DNA of 64,000 bases, from positions 4,388 to 68,387 of the forward strand of contig CBDBJK010000027.1 of NCBI GenBank assembly GCA_965206395.1, in the 5' to 3' direction. The notes under the pieces were generated by a model. It was not told where the DNA came from, made no database searches, and saw only the letters and a list, made by a program, of their open reading frames with translations. How positions within the stretch are numbered: position 1 is the first letter of the stretch; each line of letters opens with the position of its first letter. The translations under genes were made by a program, and so were the position numbers. Of this stretch, positions 41,881 to 50,147 are shown one piece after another. Source of the DNA: Dehalococcoidia bacterium. GTDB taxonomy: Bacteria; Chloroflexota; Dehalococcoidia; Lucifugimonadales; CATOSD01.

Positions 41881-42081
41881 ATGTCAACAAGCAAAAAAGC
41901 AGTAAGCGTCCTTTTCGATGATGAGGAGTACGCAGATTTGGTCCGAAAATCCGCCGAGTTGACTCTGGCGGAGGGGCGTCGCGTCTCGGTCGCTGAGTTA
42001 GTCCGTAGGGCGACGCTCGCAGAATACACGCAAAAAAGAAAGGCTGCTGAACAGTTAAAGGTATCGTCCACTGAGAGTTAA
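41881..42081 (+). CDS. Ribbon-helix-helix (CopG/Arc-like) small protein
   Basis: 66 aa. KAVSVLFDDEEYADLVRKSAELTLAEGRRVSVAELVRRA fits a beta-strand plus two helices RHH pattern. AGGAGA SD. Confidence 0.55.
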   Translation: MSTSKKAVSVLFDDEEYADLVRKSAELTLAEGRRVSVAELVRRATLAEYTQKRKAAEQLKVSSTES

Positions 42082-42119
42082 CGCCTTGTAATCAATGCGT
42101 AGCAAATTCTTCGGCTTTT

Positions 42120-42152
42120 GCCAGTATTATTGCTGCGCTCAATAATACTGGC
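42120..42152. promoter_or_regulatory. Perfect 13-bp inverted repeat between the RHH gene and the kinase gene (operator or terminator candidate)
   Basis: GCCAGTATTATTG-CTGCGCT-CAATAATACTGGC. No T-run follows it. Confidence 0.3.
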
Positions 42153-42577
42153 GCTTACTCCTCGCCGTAACCAATCGTCCGTCGCGAAAATGTGCGGCAT
42201 TATTGAGGAATTGTCAAACACTACCATAGGCCAGTGAGAGTCATGGAAAAACGGTCGTTAGGTAAGGGTCGATACACACTCATTGAGAGGCTCGGAGAAG
42301 GGGCCGCCAAAGAGGTATTCCTTGCAAGGGACGAGGCTCTTCATCGAGACGTGGCGCTGTGCATGTTCAAGCCATCCATGCTCAAAAGCTTTATCAACCG
42401 GGTTGAGACTGAATCAAGGACTCTTGCCAGCCTCAACCACCCCAACATCATAGCCATATATGATGTTCTCGACGACGATGGCAGGTACATGATTACCGAG
42501 TATGTGTCCGGTGGTAGCCTGAAGTCGAAGATGGACAGGGACTGGAAAGGTGGCTCTGACCTGGGCGAGGTTACTAA

Positions 42578-43457
42578 GAGCGTCTAACAAAACCATTATT
42601 GGAACAGAAAGCGAGAGCAGATGATGGCACAACCTATGGCCAAGAAAGCCTCATGTATGTCTGCCCTGCGCTCATATCGAACCCGTAAGCGTCGGAACTG
42701 ATGAAGCCAACTCAGGCTTCTCTCAACCACCCATCTATGCACACCCAACCCGCTGCCATGCGGCTCACCTCGCTTGGCCAGCAGCGGCCAGATATGTCGC
42801 TTCTTCAACTCCTTGCGAACAGGCTCAGAGTCATACCCTCTGTCTCCCTGCGCCTGAAGAGGACGCTTGCGAGGCCTGCCTCGCTTGCCCTTGGCAGCAG
42901 GTATGGCATCCACCAACTCAAGGGCTTGGGTGACATCGTGAGCGTTCGCGCCAGTCAACCTGACCGCCAGTGGAATGCCCTGGGCATCGGTTATGATATG
43001 ATGCTTGCTACCCGCCTTCGCCCTGTCCGTGGGGTTGGGGCCTGTTTTCTGCCCCCAAAAACTGCTCGCACTGAAGCACTGTCCAGCACTGCGCGAGTCC
43101 AGTCTATGCGCTCAGCTGCTTGCAGGCGCTCAAGGCATACCAAGTGGATGCGCTCCCAGACTCCCGACTGGTGCCAATCTCTGAGGCGCCTCCAGCAGGT
43201 CATCCCACTGCCACAGTCCATCTCCTTGGGTAGGTCTTCCCAGCCAATGCCTGTCTTTAGCACGAACAGTATCCCACTTAGGACCTGTCTGTCAGGTATC
43301 CTGGGCCTTCCTCCTTTCGGCTTCGGTGGTTGTGGCGGCAGTAAAGGTTGCACCAGTTCCCAGAATTCATCGCTTACAAGGGGCTTAGACATTAGGTCAT
43401 CCTCCTCCAGAGAATGTCCAGATTCTAACCCCTTTTATTAGGTTTTGTTAGACGCTC
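42578..43457 (-). mobile_element. IS5-family (IS427-like) insertion sequence, copy B (880 bp), inside the kinase gene
   Basis: Same IRs as copy A, with TAA at 42575-42577 and 43458-43460. Confidence 0.9.
42596..43392 (-). CDS. IS5-family transposase OrfAB (-1 frameshift)
   Basis: Same as 39428-40224 except for 2 amino-acid differences in OrfB (DAIPAAKGK versus DAISAVKGK). Confidence 0.8.
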
Positions 43458-44950
43458 TAAGATTGCTTTCGAGGTTGCCGGCGCCCTCAGCTTCACCCAC
43501 GCTAAAGGCATATTTCACAGGGACGTGAAGCCGAGCAACGTGATGCTGACGCCGGAAGGCACGGCCAAGCTGGGAGATTTCGGCATGGCCAAACCCTTCA
43601 GCGACGAGTCCATCAGTGGAACTGGCGCAATCGAGGGCACTATCCCTTACATGTCACCAGAGCAGGCTAAGGGGTTGCCCCCAGATAGTCCCAGCGACAT
43701 GTATTCTTTTGGGGTAACGCTCTACGAAATGGTGACTGGCCGCAGGCCCTTCCATGGGGAGGATGTTTCGGTGCTGCTCCATCACCTGAACTCTATTCCT
43801 CCCCCTCCAACAAGATTCATGCTGGCCTGTCCTCCTCGGCTTGAGACGTTGATTCTGAACCTGCTGGAAAAAGACCCTGAATTGCGTCCTTCGGCATCCA
43901 GTGCGGAGGAGGAGTTGCGAAGCATCCGGGCAGAGTTTCTGGGCGAGAGATCAAAACCTATTGTTCCCATCTCTGCAATTCCCGGCGCGAATGACGAGGA
44001 CGATGGGGAAATCGAAATCCCTTCGCTGGAATCTCTGCAAGTTGGGCGGCTTTCAGATGCCCTTCAATTCCCTTCGACAGTCGTCCCGCTGTTCGCCGCC
44101 GCCCTGGCGTTAATGTTTCTAATCCTGCCGTTGCCTGGATTTTCGGCGATTGCATCAATCATCGTGATAGTCGGAGCAGGAAGTATCGCCGCCGCTTCCT
44201 TCGTCTGGCGCTATTTCGTCCGATACGGTCAGGACTACGCCATACGAATGCAGGAGTTGTTTGAACGTCAAGAGCACGCAAGAAGGGCGCAGGAACGGCG
44301 AGCGTTGAGAGAATTACGGGATACGCTGCGAACCGGATTCACGAGCATAAAGTCTTCCGAAGGCGTCCGATCGTTAAATCGTCTGGTGAATGAGTATGAG
44401 CAGCTTCAGGCGGTTGTAAGGGGTTGGCCAGAGCCGAACCTCGTGCCCATCGGCCAAATACCAATACTTATAGGCCAGACCTCCAGGGAGGGGCTCGACA
44501 TGCTTTATGGCGTGCTATATCGGCTGCAAATCGTCGACACATCAGACAAAAAGGGGCTGGAGGCGGAAGTTGAGACTCTGGAGAGAGACATACTGTTGCT
44601 GAAAGAGGACGAGACTCAAGCGGAGTTACTTAAGATACGCGAGGCTATGCTCTCGGCGCGAAATGAACATCTGAGATTGCTGAGCAGCCAAGAGTTACGG
44701 GCCGCGGAGTTCTTGCTCAGATCAAGTCTTATCGAAAGCTCCCTGAATCGGACTCGAATCGAACTGGCTTCTCTGAGGATTGACGGCTCTAAAGGAAGCG
44801 TCAGTGCCGTTGTCGAAGCGCTGCAGAGGACTATTGATCAGGCCAGAAAGGTCATGGAGGAGATGCGCGATCTTGGATTTTAAATAAACTCAAAGAGAGT
44901 CAGCAGAGCATCTATCGTCTAAGCAGCAAGCCATTTTCTGGAGTTAAGTT

Positions 44951-46153
44951 ATGGTTTCGGAACAACGCCCTGATGAACTAGAGGAAGAGCAAGAATTAAT
45001 CCCGTCAAGCACTAAAAGCATGACGCCCGTAGATGCGGTTGAGCCGACAGCCCCTCAAGGCATGTCAGAGGATGAGCGTAACGAACTGCGCGAGCGTGCC
45101 AAGGCATTGGTAGGAGAGCTTTCCAGCGTTGAGGGCGCAAAGGAGATGGAGCTGATAGACAGCGTGACGAGCGTTGGAATTCAGGCACAAAGGAGCAGCA
45201 GACCTGAGCTAGACCTTTTAAGGGTGCGCGTTGGCGAAATGCTCTCACAAGAGGGGACCGGGAGCGATATTGCTGGAAGCCTTGTCGATCTACGCATGAC
45301 GCTCAAAGAGATAAACCCCAATGAATTAAACAACCCCAGCCGTCTGAGGAGCTTGACCTCGATTGTACCCTTCGTCGACCGCCTCCCCTCTCCAATAAAG
45401 GTGCTGCAGAAGATTGCGATCAAGTACGAGCCTGTCTCCAGGCAGATTGACGTGATTGAAACGAAGCTTCGAGAAGGCCGAATGATGCTGACGAGGGACA
45501 ACGTCGAACTGAGGCAGGTCTATGAGCGGGTTGAGGAGCAGCGACTTCCGGTACAAAAGAATGCATATCTGGGAGAACTGCTGATGGCGGAGTTGCAGGC
45601 CCTGATTGATCAGACCGACAACCCTGTCAAAGCCGATAGGATTCGAGATGCTTTGTACAACGTCTCCATCAGGGTGCAGAACCTGCGGGTGATGGACCGG
45701 GTGTACGACCAATTCTTCGTCAGCATCGAGATGACCCGTCAGAACAACACACGGCTGGGCCAAGCGGTGGAGCAAACCTTGAGTGTCGCCACAAACGTTG
45801 TAACGGTTGGCCTTGCCATCCAATCTGCCCTTATCCGCGAACGACAGGTGATGGAAGCCAACGCACGCGCGCAGCAGTTCATCGGCGATTTGATAGTCGC
45901 CAACGCCGAGGCGATCAAAAGGCATACAGAGGAGATTGGTGAGGTTTATAACAACCCCGTGATAGCGATAGATAAGATTGCTCAGGCTCACCAGGAGCTG
46001 ATCGAGGCGATGGATCTCGCGGAACGCTTGAAGCAAGAAGGTATTGAAAAGGCACGAGTGAACATCACCGAACTCAGCCGACTATCCGAAGAGTTTCAGC
46101 AGAGGGCCGGGGCGCTTCGTGGTGCAGACAAAGTAGAGTCCGTTGAGGCATGA
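44951..46153 (+). CDS. TelA/KlaA-family (toxic anion resistance-like) protein
   Basis: 400-aa all-helical protein. The length, an acidic N-terminus and the central pattern (IKYEPVSRQIDVIETKLREGRMMLTRDNVELRQVYERVEEQRL...) resemble TelA/YaaN. Called by recollection, not by search. Confidence 0.7.
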   Translation: MVSEQRPDELEEEQELIPSSTKSMTPVDAVEPTAPQGMSEDERNELRERAKALVGELSSVEGAKEMELIDSVTSVGIQAQRSSRPELDLLRVRVGEMLSQEGTGSDIAGSLVDLRMTLKEINPNELNNPSRLRSLTSIVPFVDRLPSPIKVLQKIAIKYEPVSRQIDVIETKLREGRMMLTRDNVELRQVYERVEEQRLPVQKNAYLGELLMAELQALIDQTDNPVKADRIRDALYNVSIRVQNLRVMDRVYDQFFVSIEMTRQNNTRLGQAVEQTLSVATNVVTVGLAIQSALIRERQVMEANARAQQFIGDLIVANAEAIKRHTEEIGEVYNNPVIAIDKIAQAHQELIEAMDLAERLKQEGIEKARVNITELSRLSEEFQQRAGALRGADKVESVEA

Positions 46154-46192
46154 AGACGGCAAATTATTTAACTACCAGATTCCTTTCGATTA

Positions 46193-47010
46193 GGTTGTGT
46201 TGACATTTCATCTGAGCCATATGAGAGCACCGACGAAGTTCAAGAATCCCAGGAAACGCGATGACAGCTTGTCAAAGCGAGAGAAGATATGCCGGTAGTG
46301 CTTGATCTTGTTGATGAAACACTCCACAAGGTGGCGCTTCGGTAAAGGTACTCATCATACTCTCGTGGCGTCTTTCGATTTGACCGAGGTGGAATCACAG
46401 GTAACGCGCCCCTGCCCAGGATGCATTGGAGAAAATCCATCGAATCGTATCCCTTATCAGCAATCACATGCTCGGTTTCGAAATCAGCAATCAATGCCTG
46501 TGCCTGGGTGATGTCGTGACGTTGACCTGCTGTGAGCTCAAAGCGCAACGGGTTGCCCAATCCATCCACGCTCACGTGGATCTTGGTACTGAACCCGCCT
46601 CGGCTCCGGCCAAGAGCTTGGGCCGATTGGCCACCGTTTTTTTGGAGGCTCCAGCAGCACAGGGATGAGCGCGAACCACAGTGCTATCACAGTGCTATCA
46701 ATGATGACATGCTCCATATCGGGGTCTTGCACAAAATGCTGATGCATTCGTTCCCATACACCCTTTTCACACCAGCGTGCGAAGCGCTTATATACGCTGT
46801 TCCAGTGACCGTAGTGCTCAGGCAGCAGTCTCCAAGGAGCACCACTTCGTGCCATCCACAGGATGGCCTCGACGTAGCGCCTGCAATCGTCCTCCTCTCC
46901 AACGTAGAGGTCTGGGCATGAGCGCAGAAATTCAAGGATTTTCGACCATTGTTCATTGCGTAATTCAGTCGTTGACATGTATCCATTATGCACCAAATGT
47001 CAACACAACC
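46193..47010 (-). mobile_element. Decayed IS5-family (IS427/IS1031-like) element
   Basis: 16-bp perfect IRs GGTTGTGTTGACATTT / AAATGTCAACACAACC flanked by TA/TA. The transposase frames are broken (see the pseudogene entry). Confidence 0.75.
46240..46996 (-). pseudogene. IS5-family transposase, inactivated
   Basis: An 11-bp tandem duplication ACAGTGCTATC x2 (46678-46699) breaks orfA just upstream of the T7/A7 slippery run (46637-46643). A 1-nt indel near 46340 separates ...EYDEYLY from KRHLVECFINKIKHYRHIFSRFDKL...IWLR. Confidence 0.7.
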
Positions 47011-47231
47011 TAGTGTGCGAGCCTTAGGCTTTTACATATTGGCGTTTGCCAGTATAGGAATTGCGTACGGAACCGCGGAGGTAGCCACCGGATACGTCAA
47101 CCCTAGGATCGAGTTGGAGGCAGCCTATCCAAGCGATTATCCGGGGTGTCCGGACATATTTAACGTGCTTATGTTCAGCATTCCGTATGCGATCTGGTGG
47201 GTCGCGGTTGCGGCGTACGACCTGTGGCGTA

Positions 47232-47399
47232 GATATCGGCGAAGTGGGCAGCAGCCCAGTGATAACGATAGACAAGATCGCGCAGGCTCACAAGGAGCTA
47301 ATCAAGGCGATGGGTCTAGTAGAAAACTTGAAGCAGAAACGGGCCGATAGGACGCGAGAGAACCTCACCTGTTTGGCCCCATGCATAGGCAATCATTGA
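47232..47399 (+). pseudogene. C-terminal relic of a second TelA-like gene
   Basis: DIGEVGSSPVITIDKIAQAHKELIKAMGLVENLKQ aligns with TelA residues EIGEVYNNPVIAIDKIAQAHQELIEAMDLAERLKQ (45938-46045). Nucleotide similarity is clear over about 110 nt. No upstream part is present. Confidence 0.55.
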
Positions 47400-47435
47400 G
47401 GGTTTGAGGAGGAACCATCGGATGAAACGCTTACT

Positions 47436-49154
47436 TTGCTGCTCACAGGTCTGCTTATCGTTGTAGTGGTCGCGGCCATAGTCGTGCGTTTATTGCCCGA
47501 TGGCGACAACTCTGGTGAAGAAGTATCGGTCGCCGATGAACCGCCTGTTCCGTCTGGCTCCATCCTGGTGACATTAGTCTCTTCCAGTACCAAAGCAGAT
47601 TGGCTGGATCAAGTCATAGAGCGGTTCAATGCCGAGGATAGGAAGACGGCTTCGGGCAAGAGCATCGTGGTGCAAGTCAGCCACACGCGGTCAGGTAGTT
47701 CGATGGATGCCATCCTCGATGGTAAGTCGAAGCCCATAACCTGGAGTCCTGGCGACCAGTCCTGGGCTGCTCTAATTAACGAGAAATGGCGGCAACGAGA
47801 GAACCGCCCGCTCATTAGTCAGCCGTGCCAGCCCACGGTCTATGCCCCTATCGGTTTTGCCATGTGGCGGCCAATGGCCGAAGTGTTGGGTTGGCCCGAT
47901 ACGCCGATTGGTTGGGACACCATTGTCGAACTGGCCGCCGACCCGAATGCCTGGAAGGCTTACGGCCATCCTGAATGGGACCCATTTCGCTTTGGTCACA
48001 GTCATCCCGTTTACTCCAACACCGGGATGCTTTCCCTGACAGCCTTTGTCTATGGCATTCTCGGCGCTGGCAGCTCGATTTCGGCTGAGCAGGTTTACCA
48101 AGTAGAAGAATCGATGCGTTCCCTCGAGCAAAATACCTCCAAGTACGGTCGCGGATCAACTGCCCTATTCGACCTGATGGTCGAGCAAGGCACCGGCTAC
48201 GTGCATGCCATCGCTGCCTCTGAAGAGACCACACTCCGCTTTAACATTAACAAAGCCGACGAATTACGCTTCCCTCTGGCCTTCATTTTCCCGGATGAGG
48301 GCACCATCTGGGCCGATCACCCTTACTGCATCCTCGATAACGCTGATTGGGTAGATGACGCGCACGCGGAAGCCGCCGCTATCTTCCGTGACTATCTTCT
48401 ATCGCCAGAACAGCAGGCGTTGACTATTGACTACCGCCTGCGTCCAACTGACAGCAGCATTCCCCTTCACGCGCCCCTCAACCTGGAAAACGGCACCGAC
48501 CCACGTGTTGGCGTCGACAACGCGATCCTCCTTCCCAGCCCGGATGCAGAGGTGAGTGCATCTGTGATCGACCTCTTTATGATTACCAAACGCAAAGCTA
48601 CCGTCATAATCGTTTTGGACGTTTCCGGCAGTATGCGGGGGGAAAACATCAAGACCGCGACAGCCGCTACGGCTGAATTCCTAAGCAGGCTTGACCCCGA
48701 CGATGAGGTGGCCGTCTTAACCTTTAGCGATAATGTTGTCACCTTGTCTGATCCAGCCACCGTCCGCAACGTCGTCGAAGGGCTGTCATCGCGGGTTCGT
48801 ACCCTTACGGCCCTTGGCAGCACTGCCCTTCACGCAGCCGTCTGCAGGGCGACCGCGCTGGCCGACGAACTGCGAGTTGAGGACGAGGCGCAAGGTGAGT
48901 CGCGGTTGTACGGTATCGTTCTCCTTTCTGATGGCGACGATACGACAGGAGAGCCAACGGAACAACAGATGTTCACTATGTGCATCCCGAACAACGCTGA
49001 GGTGGATGGCTTCAAAATCTTCCCTATCGCCTTTGGCGGTGACGCCAATGAGACGCTCCTGCGGCGATTAGCTTTGAAAACTGGCGGGAAGCTGTTCACG
49101 GCAGACCCCGATTCCATCAGTGATGTTTACCTCGCTATTTCGGCGGAGCAGTAA
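47436..49154 (+). CDS. Membrane-anchored solute-binding-like plus vWA domain protein (vWA1); 5' end probably frameshifted
   Basis: N-terminal TM, a large domain paralogous to vWA3, and a C-terminal vWA with MIDAS DVSGSM...T...DGDD. The only in-frame start is TTG 47436. The SD-served ATG 47422 is out of frame. Confidence 0.7.
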   Translation: MLLTGLLIVVVVAAIVVRLLPDGDNSGEEVSVADEPPVPSGSILVTLVSSSTKADWLDQVIERFNAEDRKTASGKSIVVQVSHTRSGSSMDAILDGKSKPITWSPGDQSWAALINEKWRQRENRPLISQPCQPTVYAPIGFAMWRPMAEVLGWPDTPIGWDTIVELAADPNAWKAYGHPEWDPFRFGHSHPVYSNTGMLSLTAFVYGILGAGSSISAEQVYQVEESMRSLEQNTSKYGRGSTALFDLMVEQGTGYVHAIAASEETTLRFNINKADELRFPLAFIFPDEGTIWADHPYCILDNADWVDDAHAEAAAIFRDYLLSPEQQALTIDYRLRPTDSSIPLHAPLNLENGTDPRVGVDNAILLPSPDAEVSASVIDLFMITKRKATVIIVLDVSGSMRGENIKTATAATAEFLSRLDPDDEVAVLTFSDNVVTLSDPATVRNVVEGLSSRVRTLTALGSTALHAAVCRATALADELRVEDEAQGESRLYGIVLLSDGDDTTGEPTEQQMFTMCIPNNAEVDGFKIFPIAFGGDANETLLRRLALKTGGKLFTADPDSISDVYLAISAEQ

Positions 49155-49173
49155 ATCCTGTGAGTTCTCTGCA

Positions 49174-50094
49174 ATGAGACAACCTGTAGGAGGCGAAGTG
49201 AATTGTCCTAAGTGTAGCTTTGACTACGGCATGAGGGTGGAAGAGTTCAACTTCTGCCCCAAGTGCGGCGAACGCCTTCCCGATCTTCCTCAACTGAGCC
49301 AGACGGCGTGGAGGCGAGTCCAGTTGACAGACCTGGTTTTTTCATTCGTCCGCTTGATCGCGCCAGGAATGTTGGGCGGAGGAATAGCTCTCTGGTTCAT
49401 GGGGCCGGCCTGGTTCGCATATACCGAGACACTGACGGTACGCGTTATCAGCATAGTCTTGATGATTGGAGGCCCGCTGCTCTTTGCCCTGGCTCTGGCT
49501 GCCAGGAAGCTGGCCGAGGACATGGCCCTGCGCGGCGCGGCCAAGAACCCAGAAGATAGGAGGCCCGCGAACATCTACCTGCTGCTTGACGTGAGCAGGA
49601 GCATGGAAGGAAGCAAGCTTTCCAGCGCCAAGAAAGCGTTAGGGTCTTTCCTTGCCCAGGTTAATGGCGAACGGGATCACGTGGGTCTAATAACCTTCTC
49701 GCACAAAATCAAGGAGGTTCGCCCCTTGGAGCCAGCAGATGGGGCATCCTTTATTCAGAGCATACAGATGTTGGGAGCCGCCGGGAACACTGCTCTATAC
49801 GACGCCGTGATCCATGCCATCGGGCACTTTCAACAGATCGAAGGTTCAGAGCGGAGTAACATCATAATCGCCATGACAGACGGCGAGGACACGGCAAGTA
49901 ATCATTCGTTAAAGGACATCGACTCCACGATGGCTACGGCAGATACGCCTGTTTCCATATTCACCGTCGCCTATGGCTTTGGCGCTGACATGAAAGTGCT
50001 GCGGCAGATCGCCCAATGGGGTCATGGTCAGGCATATAAGGCCAATCGCCGAACAATTAGAAAGCTCTACGAACTGCTCTCGGCGTTCTTTTAG
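49174..50094 (+). CDS. Zinc-ribbon, 2-TM, vWA domain protein (vWA2)
   Basis: CPKCSF...CPKCG ribbon, two hydrophobic helices, and vWA MIDAS DVSRSM...GNTALYDAV...MTDGEDT. An alternative start is GTG 49198, preceded by AGGAGG. Confidence 0.7.
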   Translation: MRQPVGGEVNCPKCSFDYGMRVEEFNFCPKCGERLPDLPQLSQTAWRRVQLTDLVFSFVRLIAPGMLGGGIALWFMGPAWFAYTETLTVRVISIVLMIGGPLLFALALAARKLAEDMALRGAAKNPEDRRPANIYLLLDVSRSMEGSKLSSAKKALGSFLAQVNGERDHVGLITFSHKIKEVRPLEPADGASFIQSIQMLGAAGNTALYDAVIHAIGHFQQIEGSERSNIIIAMTDGEDTASNHSLKDIDSTMATADTPVSIFTVAYGFGADMKVLRQIAQWGHGQAYKANRRTIRKLYELLSAFF

Positions 50095-50147
50095 GTCAAG
50101 GCAATGCGTAATGCTATCGCAGTGGGAATAACGAGGAGATGAGTCAG

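Larger units (their letters stand above)
42234..44883 (+). pseudogene. Membrane Ser/Thr protein kinase (WNK-like lysine arrangement) interrupted by an IS427-like element
   Basis: The N-terminal part (42234-42577) has subdomains I-V. The C-terminal part (43461-44883) has HRDVKPSN, DFG and SPE motifs, a TM segment and a coiled coil. Removing the IS plus one TAA restores a 588-codon ORF (...GEVTK-IAFRLPGALSFTHAKGIFHRDVKPSN...). Confidence 0.8.

Noticed and set aside
46988-47350. 120-aa ORF with two hydrophobic segments downstream of the decayed IS.
   Set aside because: Its start codon lies inside the IS terminal repeat, and its 3' part overlaps the telA relic in another frame. It is probably a chance ORF across a scar region, though a truncated small membrane gene cannot be excluded.
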